DNA of 64,000 bases, from positions 2,046,001 to 2,110,000 of the forward strand of contig NC_083445.1 of assembly GCF_020745735.1 (NCBI RefSeq). Direction: 5' to 3'. The stretch comes from Hemiscyllium ocellatum. Lineage: Eukaryota. A model generated the notes under the pieces. That model did no database searches and was not told the origin of the DNA. It worked only from the letters and a program-made list of their open reading frames with translations. Of this stretch, positions 22,691-34,849 are shown one piece after another. The translations under genes and the position numbers were made by a program. Position 1 is the first letter of the stretch. Each line of letters begins with the position of its first letter.

Positions 22691-25600
22691 GGGTATGGGG
22701 AACAGAGTTTGGATGAATTGGTGTGTGTTAGAGTACAGGGAACAGAGTTTGGATGAATTGGTGTCTGTTAGGGTACGGAGAACAGAGTTTGGATGAATTG
22801 GGGTGTGTTAAGGTACGAGGAACAGAGTTTGGATGAATTGGGGTGTGTTAAGGTACGAGGAACAGAGTTTGGATGAATTGGGGTGTGTTAGAGTACAGGG
22901 GAACAGAGTTTGGATGAATTGGTGTGTGTTAGAGTACGGGAAACAGAGTTTGGATGAATTGGTGTATGTTAGAGTACGGGAACAGAGTTTGGATGAATTG
23001 GTGTGTATTAGGGCATGGAGAACAGAGTTTGGATGAGTTGGTGTGTGTTAGAGTACGGGAACAGAGTTTGGATGAATTGGTGTGTGTTAGAGTACGGGAA
23101 ACAGAGTTTGGATGAATTGGTGTATGTTAGAGTACAGGAACAGAGTTTGGATGAATTGGTGTGTGTTAGGGTACGGGGAACAGAGTTTGGATGAATTAGT
23201 GTGTGTTAGAGTACGGGAACAGAGTTTGGATGAATTGGTGTGTGTTAGGGTCCGGAAAACAGAGTTTGGATGAATTGGTGTGTGTTAGAGAATGGAGAAC
23301 AGAGTTTGGATGAATTGGTGTGTGTTCGAGTACAGGGAACAGAGTTTGGATGAATTGGTGTGTGTTAGAGTACAGGGAACAGAGTTTGGATGAATTGGTG
23401 TGTGTTAGAGTTCGGGAAACAGAGTTTGGATGAATTGGTGTGTGTTAGAGTACGGGAACAGAGTCTGGATGAATTGGTGTGTGTTAGAGTACGGGAACAG
23501 AGTTTGGATGAATTGGTGTGTGTTAGAGAACGGAGAACAGAGTTTGGATGAATTGGTGTGTGTTAGAGTACGGGAACAGAGTCTGGATGAATTGGTGTGT
23601 GTTAGGGGATGGGGAACAGAGTTTGGATGAATTGGTGTGTGTGAGGGGATGGGGAACAGAGTCTGGATGAATTGGTGTGTGTTAGAGTACGGGAACAGAG
23701 TTTGGATGAATTGGTGTGTGTTAGAGAACGGAGAACAGAATTTGGCTGAATTGGTGTGTGTTAGAGTATGGAGAACAGAGTTTGGATGAATTGGTGTGTG
23801 TTAGAGAACAGAGAACAGAGTTTGAATGAATTGGTATGTGTTAGAGTACAGGGAACAGAGTTTGGATGAATTGGTGTGTGTTAGGGTACAGGGAACAGAG
23901 TTTGGATGAATTGGTGTGTGTTAGAGTACGGAGAACAGAGTTTGGATGAATTGGTGTGTGTTAGAGAACAGAGAACAGAGTTTGGATGAATTGGTATGTG
24001 TTAGAGTACAGGGAACAGAGTTTGGATGAATTGGTGTGTGTTAGGGTACAGGAAACAGAGTTTGGATGAATTGGTGTGTGTTAGGGTACGGAGAACAGAG
24101 TTTGGATGAATTGGTGTGTGTTAGAGTACGGGAACAGAGTTTGGATGAATTGGTGTGTGTTAGGGCGGGTAACAGAGTTTGGACGAATTAGAGTGTGTTA
24201 GAGTACAGGGAACAGAGTTTGGATGAATTGGTGTGTGTTAGGGCGGGTAACAGAGTTTGGATGATTTAGTGTGTGTTAGAGTACGGGGAACAGAGTTTGG
24301 ATGAATTGGTGTGTGTTAGAGTACGGGGAACAGAGTTTGGATGAATTGGTGTGTGTTAGGGTACGGAGAACAGAGTTTGGATGAATTGGTGTGTGTGTTA
24401 GAGTATGGGGAACAGAGTTTGGATGAATTGGTGTGTGTTAGGGTACGGAGAACAGAGTTTGGATGACTTGGTGTGTGTTAGGGGTTGGGGAACAGAGTTT
24501 GGATGAATTGGTGTGTGTTAGAGTACGGAAACAGAGTTTGGATGAATTGGTGTGTGTTAGAGTACAGGGAACAGAGTTTGGATGAATTGGTGTGTGTTAG
24601 AGTACGGGAAACAGAGTTTAGATGAATTGGTGTGTGTTAAGGTATGAGGAATAGAGTTTGGATGAATTGGTGTGTCTTAGGGGATGGGGAACAGAATTTG
24701 GATGAATTGGTGTGTGTTGGAGTACGGGAACAGAGTCTGGTTGAATTGGTGTGTGTGAGGGGATGGGGAACAGAGTTTGGATGAATTGGTGTGTGTTAGA
24801 GTACGGAGAACAGAGTTTGGATGAATTGGAGTGTGTTAGAGTAGGGGGAACAGAGTTTGGATGAATTGATGTGTGTTGGAGTACGGGAACAGAGCCTGGT
24901 TGAATTGGTGTGTGTGAGGGGATGGGGAACAGAGTTTGGATGAATTGGTGTGTGTTAGAGTACAGGGAACAGAGTTTGGATGAATTGGTGTGTGTTAGGG
25001 TATGTAGAACAGAGTCTGGATGAATTGGTATGTGTTAGGGCGGAGAACAGAGTCTGGATGAATTGGTGTGTGTTAGGGTACGGAGAACAGAGTTTGGATG
25101 AATTGGTGTGTGTTAGAGTACGGGGAACAGAGTTTGGATGAATTGGTGCGTGTTAGAGTACGGGAAACAGAGTTTGGATGAATTGGTGTGAGTTAGAGTA
25201 CGGAGAACAGAGTTTGGATGAATTGGTGTGTGTTACAGAACAGAGAACAGAGTTTGGATGAATTGGTATGTGTTAGGGTACAGGAAACAGAGTTTGGATG
25301 AATTGGTGTGTGTTAGAGTACGGGAACAGAGTTTGGATGAATTGGTGTGTGTTAGGGCGGGTAACAGAGTTTGGACGAATTAGTGTGTGTTAGAGTACAG
25401 GGAACAGAGTTTGGATGAATTGGTGTGTGTTAGGGCGGGTAACAGAGTTTGGATGATTTAGTGTGTGTTAGAGTACGGGGAACAGAGTTTGGATGAATTG
25501 GTGTGTGTTAGGGTACGGAGAACAGAGTTTGGATGACTTGGTGTGTGTTAGGGGATGGGGAACAGATTTTGGATGAATTGGTGTGTGTTAGAGTACAGGG

Positions 25601-26175
25601 AACAGAGTTTGGATGAATTGGTGTGTGTTAGAGTACAGGAAACAGAGTTTGGATGAATTGGTTTGTGTTAAGGTATGAGGAACAGAGTTTGGATGAATTG
25701 GTGTGTGTTAGGGGATGGGGAACAGAGTTTGGATGAATTGGTGTATGTTAGGGGATGGGGAACAGAGTTTGGATGAATTGGTGTGTGTTGGAGTACGGGG
25801 AACAGAGTTTGGATGAATTGGTGTGTGTTAGGGGATGGGGATCAGAGTTTGGATGAATTGGTGTGTGTTGGAGTACGGGAACAGAGTTTGGATGAATTGG
25901 TGTGTGTTAGAGTACGGGAACAGAGTTTGGATGAATTGGTGTGTGTTAGGGTACGGGGAACAGAGTTTGGATGAATTGGTGTGTGTTAGAGTACAGGGAA
26001 CAGAGTTTGGATGAATTGGTGTGTGTTAGGGTACGGAGAACAGAGTTTGGATGAATTGGTGTGTGTTAGAGTACAGGGAACAGAGTTTGGATGAATTGGT
26101 GTGTGTTAGGGTACGGAGAACAGAGTTTGGATGAATTGGTGTGTGTTAGGGTACGGAGAACAGAGTTTGGATGAA
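22691..26175. repeat. Minisatellite, 39-40 bp unit, about 87 copies
   Basis: Unit aacagagtttggatgaattggtgtgtgtta followed by a variable 8-10 nt such as gagtacaggg, gggtacggag or ggggatgggg. The copy number is length divided by unit size. Confidence 0.97.
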
Positions 26176-29100
26176 ATTAACTTCACAGAGTGTGCAGTTT
26201 ATGAAACTGGCAATGAACCTGGTTGGAATGGGTGGATTTTCAGGGGAAAGGTGAGTTTCAAGGTTACAAATACTGGGATGTGGGTTGCAGCAGCAGATGG
26301 CTTGAGGCAATGCTACGGTGGGTCCAAGTGGCTGGACTGAGTGTTGGAAATATAATTGGAGTCAGGAATTCAACACAGGCTCATAGAGGAGGTCAATGTC
26401 AAAGACAGGTTTGTTCAGCTCAAAGTGTGGACTACGGGGGGAATGGAGTTGATGGTTGGGAATTAAAATTGTGGCACGGGCTGACAACAATGGATTTGAC
26501 TTTCTCCCATAACTAGTTGCAGGACATTCCTGCTCATCCCATACTGAATATCAGACAATTAATGTGACAAATCGGAGGCAGTGGAGAACAGCAGGAGAAA
26601 GGAATCAATGATCAATGCTGTATGAGGGATAGAGTGTATGAGTAAGTAATTAATAAAGGTCCAATTTTTGGACAATGAAGAAAGATGAAGAATATATCCT
26701 TAAATACAATTTTTAGTTGAGAGTATTGCAGTTTGGAGAGTCCATGAATTTTATTTATTTATTCTTTCATGGGATGATACCATTTGTGGCTGGGCCTGCA
26801 TTTGCTGCCCATCCTTTGAGAATTACCCATGGCAAGGTGGTGTTACTGCTTGACATAATCACCATGGTGGTAATCATAATCTTTGCATCATTTCTAACAA
26901 TCTTTATTTACAACAAATGTCATCCAGTCATAATCACAGAGCCACACAGCATGGAAACAGACTCTTCAGTCCAACCAGCCCATGCCAACCATAACCCCAA
27001 ACTAAACTTGTCCCACCTGCCTGCGTTTGGCCCATATTCCTCCAAACAACTCTTATTCATGTACTTATCTAAATGTCTTTTAAATATTGTAATTGTACCT
27101 GCATGCACTACTTCCTCTGAAAGTTCATTTCACAAATGAACCACTCTGTGTAACCAAAAATTGCCTCTCATGTCTTTTTTAAATCTTCCTCCTCTCACCT
27201 TAAAAATATGCTCCCCAGTTAGTCTTGAAATACTCACCCAAAAGACACCTGCCATTCACCTTATCTATACCCCTCATTATTTTATAAACTTCTATGAGGT
27301 CACCTTTCAACCTCCAACATCCCAGTGAATAAAGTCCCAGCCTATCTAGCCTCTGCTTATAACTCATACTATCCATACTCAGCAACATCCTGGTAAATCT
27401 CTTCTGAACCCTGTCCAGCTTAATAAAATCCTTCCTGTAAAAGGGCTACCAGAACTGGGCACAGTACTCCAGAATAGGCCACACCAGCATTCTGTACAAC
27501 CACAATATAACATCCCAACTCCTATACTCAAAGGACTGAGCAATGAAGTCAAGCATGCTAAGTGCCTTCTTAACCACTGTATCTATATGTGACGCAAACT
27601 TCAAAGAATTATTTACCTTAATCCTCAGATCTCTCTGTTCTACAATACCACCCATTGACCCCACTTTTACAAAACCTTGCATTTATCCAAATTAAACTTG
27701 ATCTGGCACTCTGGAAGTGACGGGGACCAGATGGGTAGCTGGAAAGGTAAGCAGTGAGTATAAATACTCACCCTTCGAAGCCAACGGCCATTTTAAGTGC
27801 AAGCAGCAGCAGAGGTAAGACGAACTCGGAAGACTGCAGATAAGGTAAGGCAGTTTTTATTAAAATTACTTACCGGTAGGGGGCAGTGGTGTTTTTCTCT
27901 TTCACAGAAGGAGCGGGAGCAGCAGAGGAAGTGACAGGGACCAGAGGGGTAGCCAGGAAGGTAAGCAGTGAGTATAAATACTCACCCTTCAACGCCAACG
28001 GCCATTTTAAGTACGAGCAGCAGCGGAGAAGGAGTGGGAGCAGCAGAGGAAGTGACGTGGACCGGAGCGGCAGCCGGGAAGGAAAGCAGTGACCATGTAT
28101 ATCATATAAACCCGAGACTCTACGACGGTAGTGTCTCCATCCCGCCTTCCTCCTCTAACCTAGTTAATAAGTAGGAAGAGCGGGAACAAAGACCAGGGAA
28201 CTGCCGGTAATATATCTGGGCAGTGGCTGAACCCGAGACACTACACGCGTTGTGTCTCCCACCCCCCAAAAATAGGCCTCTGATTTGTTAAGGTAAGGAT
28301 TTTCTATTTCTTTATCAGTGAATGGTTAAAAATTTACTTTTTATGGTTTATCTATTAATTGGTTTTTTAGAAAAAGACTATAGAAAGAGGTATCAGAAAG
28401 TATTTTAACTCAAACCTATACAAAGTAATAAACTAAGCAGAGATGGCTGGGCAGGTGATGTGCTGTAGCTGCATGATGTGGGAGCTAGCTGATCCCATTG
28501 TGAATGGCAGTGACCACATCTGCAGCAAGTGTTGGTTGCTGGAAGAACTCTGGCTCAGAGTTGATGATCTGGAATTTGAGCTTCAAACACTGCGGCACAT
28601 CCGGGAGGGGGAGAGTTACCTGGACGCTTTGTTTTAGGAGGCAGTCACACCTGGGAGACTCAGTAATTCACATTCAGTTAGTGATCAGGGACATCAGAGT
28701 GTGACTGTAAGTGAGGCAGGCAGGGGGAACTTGAGTTCAAGAGTGCAGGAGCCTCAGCCCTTGACCTTGTCCAACAGGTATGACATTCTTGCTCCCTATA
28801 TGGATGACGAAAAGGGCTCTGGACAGGGTGAACCAGCTGACCACGGCACCATGGTGCAGAAGGCCATTCAAGAGGGGGGAGTAAAAAGACAAGTAGTTGT
28901 TATAGGGGATTCTATAACTAGGGGGACAGCTAGTATCCTATGCAAGCCGGATCGGGAGTCTCGCATGGTGTGTTGCCTGCCCGGTGCCAGGGTGCGGGAC
29001 ATCTCCGACTGGCTTGAAAGGATGTTGGAGCGGGAGGGGGAGGATCCAGTTGTTGTGGTCCACACTGGGACTAACAACATAAGCAAAGCTAGGATGGAGG

Positions 29101-31595
29101 ACCTGTTTGGGAATTATCAAGCACTAGGAAGGAAATTGAAAGTACAGGTCCTCAAGGGTCATAATCTCCGGATTACTGCCTGAACCACATGCCAATTGGC
29201 ATAGGGATAAGAAAATTAGGGAAGTAAACACGTGGCTAAGGGATTGGTGTGGGAAAGAGGGATTCCATTTCATGGGGCATTGGCATCAGTTTTGGAACCA
29301 GGGGGATCTGTACCGTTGGGACGGTCTCCACCTGAACTGATCTGGTGCCAATGTTCTAGCGAAGAGGATAAATACGGTGGTCAGTAGGACTTTAAACTTC
29401 TGAGTTGGGGGGAAGGGAAAGTGAAAGCGACAGGGAGTATGGAGTTAAATGGAAAGATAAGCAGGAGGATAACATGTATGCAGGTGGATTTAACCTTGAG
29501 GCAGATTAGGAATGCAACAAAAAGGAAGGATAACTTAGGATATCTTATGACTTCCAATATCTTTAATGATAAGAATGTTAGCATTAAGGTACACTACCTG
29601 AATGCTCGTAGCGTTCGTAACAAAGTAGATGAACTAACACAGACCATTGTGAATGATTATGATGTGGTAGGCATCACAGAGACATGGTTGTAGGGGGTTC
29701 AGGACTGGCAGTTAAACATCCAAGGATTTACAACTTATCGAAAAGACAGGGAGGTGGGCAGAGGGGACGGGGTGACTTTGTTAGTTAAAAACAAAATTAA
29801 ATCTATGGCACTGAATGACATAGGGTTGGATGATGTGGAGTCTGTGTGGGTGGAATTGAGGAACCACAAAGGCAAAAAAAACCATAATGGGAGTTATGTA
29901 CAGACCTCCTAACAGTGGTCAGGACCAGGGGCACAACATGTACCGGGAAATAGAAAAGGCATGTCAGAAAGGCAAGGTCACGGCGATCATCGGGGACTTC
30001 AATATGCAGGTAGACTGGGTAAATAATGTTGCCAGTGGATCCAAAGAAAGGGAATTCTTGGAATGCTTACAGGATGGCTTTTTGGAACAGCTTGTCATGG
30101 AGCCCACAAGGGAGCAGGCTATTCTGGATCTAGTGCTTTGCAATGAACCAGACTTTATAAAAGATCTTAAAGTAAGGGGACACTTAGGAAGCAGCGATCA
30201 TAATATGGTAGAGTTCAGTCTGCAGTTTGAAAGAGAGAAGGCAAAATCGGATGCAATGGTGTTACAGTTAAACAAAGGTAATTATGAGGACATGAGAGAG
30301 GAACTGACGAAAATCGACTGGAATCAGAGCCTAGCAGGGAAGACAGTAGAGTAAAAATGGCAGGAGTTTGTGGGTATAAGTGAGGACATAGTACAGAGGT
30401 TCATCCCCAAGAAAAGAAAGATTATCCGGGGAGGGATTAGACAGCCATGGCTGACAAAGGAAGTCAGGAGATGTATCAAAGAAAAAGAGAGATCCTATAA
30501 AGTGGCCAAGAGCAGTGGGAAATCAGAAGATTGGGAAGGCTACAAAAACAGAGAATAACAAAGAGAGAAATAAGGAAGGAGAGGATAAAATATGAAGGTA
30601 GGCTAGCCAATAATATTAGAAATGATAGTAAAAGTTTCTTTCAATACATAAGAAACAAACTACAGACAAAAGTAGACATTGGGCCACTTCAAACTGATGC
30701 TGGAAGGCTAGTGATGGGAGATATGGAAATAGCTGGAGAACGTAACAAGTACTTTGCGTCAGTCTTCACAGTGGAAGACATGAGTAACATCCCAACAACT
30801 AAAGGGAATCAGGGGGTTGAGTTGAGAATGGTTGCCATTACAAATGGGATAGCTAAAAGGTCTTAAAATTGACAAATCTCCTGGCCCCGATGGGCTACAT
30901 CCTAGAGTTCTGAGGGAGGTGGCTGAGGAAATAGCGGAGACGTTGGTTGAGATCTTTCAAAAGTCACTGGAGTCAGGGAAAGTCCTGGATGATCGGAAGA
31001 CCGCTGTTGTAACCCCATTGTTCAAGAAAGGATCAAGAGAAAAGATGGAAAATTAAAGGCCAATTAGCCTAACCTCGGTTGTTGGTAAAATTCTAGAATC
31101 CGTCGTTAAGGATGAGGTTTCTAAATTCTTGGAAGAGCAGGGTCGGATTAGAACAAGTCAACATGGATTTAGTAAGGGTAGGTCGTGCCTGACAAACCTG
31201 TTAGAATTCTTTGAAGAGGTGCGAAGTAGGTTAGACTAGGGAAACCTAGTGGATGTGGTCTATCTAGACTTCCAAAAGGCCTTTGATAAGGTGCCACACG
31301 GGAGGCTGCTGAGTAAGGTGAGGGCCCATGGTACTCGAGGTGAGCTATGGCATGGATTGAGGATTGGCTGTCTGACAGAAGGCAGAGAGTTAGGATAAGA
31401 GGTTCTTTTTCGGAATGGCAGCTGGTAACAAGCGGTGTCCCGCAGGGTTCAGTGTTGGGGCCGCAGCTGTTTCTGTTGTATATTAATAATCTGGATGAAG
31501 GAACTGGGGACATTCTAGGGAAGTTTGCCGATGATACAAAGATAGGTGGACAGGCAGGTAGTACTGAGGAAGTGGGGAGGCTGCAGAAGGATCTA

Positions 31596-32510
31596 CGAGT
31601 AAAAAATGAGGTCTGCAGATGCTGGAGATCACAGCTGCAAATGTGTTGCTGGTCAAAGCACAGCAGGCCAGGCGGACCCCACCACCAAGGATATATTTCC
31701 CTCCCCTCCCCTATCAGCGTTCCGCAAGGACCACTCCCTTCGTGACTCCCTCGTCAGATCCACACCCCCCACCAACCCAACCTCCACCCCCGGCACCTTC
31801 CCCTGCAACCGCAGGAAATGTAAAACTTGCGCCCACACCTCCACACTCACTTCCCTCCAAGGCCCCAAGGGATCCTTCCATATCCGCCACAAGTTCACCT
31901 GTACCTCCACACACATCATCTATTGCATCCGCTGCACCCGATGTGGCCTCCTCTATATTGGTGAGACAGGCCGCTTACTTGCGGAACGCTTCAGAGAACA
32001 CCTCCGGGCCGCCCGAACCAACCAACCCAATCACCCCGTGGCTCAACACTTTAACTCTCCCTCCCACTCCACTGAGGACATGCAGGTCCTTGGACTCCTC
32101 CACCGGCAGAACACAACTACACGACGGCTGGAGGAGGAGCGCCTCATCTTCCGCCTGGGAACCCTCCAACCACAAGGTATGAATTCAGATTTCTCCAGTT
32201 TCCTCATTTCCCCTCCCCCCACCTTGTCTCAGTCGGTTCCCTCAACTCAGCACCGCCCTCCTAACCTGCAATCCTCTTCCTGACCTCTCCGCCCCCACCC
32301 CACTCCGGCCTATCACCCTCACCTTGACCTCCTTCCACCTATCCCACCTCCATCGCCCCACCCCCTAGTCCCTCCTCCCTACCTTTTATCTTAGCCTGCT
32401 TGGCTCTCTCTCTCTTATTCCTGATGAAGGGCTTATGCTCGAAACGTCGAATTCTCTATTCCTGAGATGCTGCCTGGCCTGCTGTGCTTTGACCAGCAAC
32501 ACATTTGCAG
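31596..32510 (+). mobile_element. Young 5'-truncated Penelope-like element with inverted head, GIY-YIG endonuclease and hammerhead
   Basis: Uninterrupted frame CNRRKCKTC...IIYCIRCTRCGLLYIGETGRLLAERFREHL...PVAQHFN...RLEEERLIFRLGTLQPQGMN. An inverted terminus copy lies at 31598-31677, and the TSD tgcagaaggatcta at 31582-95 and 32506-19. Confidence 0.92.
32417..32452 (+). ncRNA. Minimal type I hammerhead ribozyme motif (PLE-associated)
   Basis: ATTC-CTGATGA-A-GGGC-TTAT-GCTC-GAAA-CGT-C-GAAT: stem I ATTC/GAAT, catalytic core, 4-bp stem II, palindromic ACGT in place of stem III, and predicted cleavage after C32448. Activity is not shown. Confidence 0.75.
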
Positions 32511-34639
32511 AAGGATCTAGACAGTTTGGGAGAGTGGTCCAGGAAATGGCTGATGAAGTTCAATGTGAGCAAATGCGAGGTCTTGCACTTTGGAAAAAAG
32601 AATACAAGCATGGACTACTTTCTAAATGGTGAGAAAATTCATAAAGCCAAAGTACAAAGGGATCTGGGAGTGCTAGTCGAGGATTCTCTAAAGGTAAACA
32701 TGCAGGTTGAATCCATAAATAAGAAAGCGAATGCAATGTTGTCATTTATCTCAAGAGGGTTGGAATATAAAAGCAGCGATGTGCTGCTGAGACTTTATGA
32801 AGCTCTGGTAGGCCCCATTTGGAGTACTGCATCCAGTTTTGGGTCCCACACCTCAGAAGGGACATACTGGCACTGGAACGTGTCCAGCGGAGATTCACAC
32901 GGATGATCCCTGGAATGATAGGTCTAACATATGAGGAACTGCTGAGGATCCTGGGATTGTACACATTGGAGTTTAGAAGGTTAAGGGGAGATCTAATAGA
33001 AACTTACAAGATAATACATGGCTTGGAAAGGGTGGATGCTAAGAAATTGTTTCCGTTAGGCGAGGAGACTACGACCCGTGGGCACAGCCTTAGAATTAGA
33101 GGGGGTCAATTCAGAACAGAAATGCGGAGACATTTCTTCAGCCTGAGAGTGGTGGGCCTGTGGAATTCATTGCCACGGAGTGCAGTGGAGGCTGGGACGC
33201 TAAATGTCTTCAAGGCAGAGATTGATAAATTCTTGATGTCACAAGGAATTAAGGGCTACGGGGAGAATGCGGGTAAGTGGAGTTGAAATGCCCATCAGCC
33301 ATGATTAAATGGCAGAGTGGACTCGAGGGCTGAATGTCCTTACTTCCCCTCCTATGTCTTATGGTCTTCAGCCCATTGACCCAATTGATCAAGAATTCTT
33401 TGTACTTTGAGGTAATGTTCTTCACTATACCACAATGTTGCTGTCATCTGCAACTTTACTAACCATGCCTTCTATATTCTCATCTAAATCATGTAAATAA
33501 ATGACAAACAAAAATGGACTCAGCATCCTGTGGAACATCACTGGTCACAGCCCTCAGTCTATAAAACAACTCTCCACCATCTCTCTCTATCCCCTGCCAT
33601 TAAGCCAATTTTGTATCCAGTTGACGAGTTCAAATTGAATCCCATGTGATGTAACTTTACTAATCAGTCTACCGTGGGAAACCTGGGCAAAGGCTTTACT
33701 GGAGTCCAAGTAAACAATGGCCAATATCAATCTTCTGCCCTTATCAATCTTCTTGGTTACTTCCTCAAAAAACTCAATCAAGTTTGTGAGATATGATTTC
33801 CTTTGTACAAAACCATGTTGATAATCCCTAATATTCCTGGCATCTGCAAATGCTTGTAAATCCTATTTTTCAGAATTGCTTCCAACAACTTATCTAATGC
33901 CGAAGTCAGACTCACAGATCTGTAATTCCCAGGCTTTTCTTAAATCCCTTCTTAAACAAAGGCACGACATTACTCACTTTCCAGTCATCTGCCATGCCTC
34001 TTGAAATTGATGTTTATAAACTTTACAATCATCCACCCGTATGAAATTGGATTCAACATGAGGAAAATATTCCTTTGAATATCATCATTAAATATCACAT
34101 GGGAATGCAAATTGTGATGAGGGTTCACATTATTTTGTTATTATTTGGAGACTTAAGTTTTAGAATGGTATGTAGCTTTAAGACTGATTTATATTTTCAT
34201 ATTGTGTGAGTTAAATAGAGAAAATGAGAAAAATTTCTAATGCCTGTTGCTTTCTAAAAGTTGCTCATCAGCCATGTAAGTAACAAAGAAATAAAATGTG
34301 ACTCCTCAGACAAGAAAGATGGCCCTGACCGAACATCTTTGATTCTAGGATAACTAGAAAGCTAAGGTGTTACAGTCGGCTATTTGGCCTCTTGAGCCTG
34401 TTCTACATTTATTGAAATCATGACTGACTCCACTTACTTACCTTTGTTCTAAATCATTTACTCACCTCTGTTCTGAAATGTTGTAATTGACCCTTAGCAT
34501 TCTCAGTCTTTCAAGGCAAGGTGTTCAAGACTTCCATGACCCTTTCATTCCAACTCACTGAAAATGAGTTGGAATGAAAGTTTTATCCTTGTTAGCAGAG
34601 AGCCAATGACAAAGTGAACATTGATCAATCAGTAACTGT

Positions 34640-34849
34640 AGTAAAAAGTGAGGTCTGCAGATGCTGGAGATCAGAGCTGAAAATGTGTTGGTGGTTAAAG
34701 CACAGCAGGTTAGGCAGCATCCAAGGAACAGGAAATTCGACGTTTCGGACCAGAGCCCTGAAGAAGGGCTCTGGCCCGAAACGTCAAATTTCCTGTTCCT
34801 TGGATGCTGCCTAACCTGCTGTGCTTTAACCAGCAACACATTTTCAGCT
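34640..34849. mobile_element. Fold-back PLE mini-element, family A variant
   Basis: Inverted arms of about 85 bp (3 mismatches) surround the spacer gaaga. The right arm has CTGAAGA-A-GGGC-TCTG-GCCC-GAAACGTC at 34758-85. No TSD was found. Confidence 0.85.

Larger units (their letters stand above)
27713..33365 (+). mobile_element. Near full-length CR1 LINE (5' UTR, ORF1 Cys-rich/esterase, ORF2 APE-RT), inactivated
   Basis: ORF1 starts at 28443 (MAGQVMCCSCMMWE...CSKCWLLEEL) and continues VVVIGDSITRG...VVVHTGTNNI. ORF2 has YLNARSVRNK, VMYRPPN...GDFN, GVPQGSVLGPQLF and KFADDTKIGG. Several stops and frameshifts are present. Confidence 0.92.
26920..33990 (-). mobile_element. Older CR1 3' fragment split into 26920-27712 and 33366-33990 by a younger CR1
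   Basis: Left piece ends ...aattaaacttgatctggcact and right piece resumes cagcccattgacccaattgatc, which is contiguous CR1 RT sequence. Minus ORFs read YRSWDVILWLYRMLVWPILEYCAQFW and VYLDSSKAFAQVSH. Confidence 0.75.

Noticed and set aside
22691-26175. CRISPR-like look (constant repeat plus variable spacer)
   Set aside because: The variable parts are only 8-10 nt and are mutational variants of each other. There are no cas genes, and the context is a vertebrate genome. It is a minisatellite.
22833-26340. ORFs such as MNWCVLEYGNRVW repeats
   Set aside because: These are by-products of translating the tandem repeat, with no splice or domain support.
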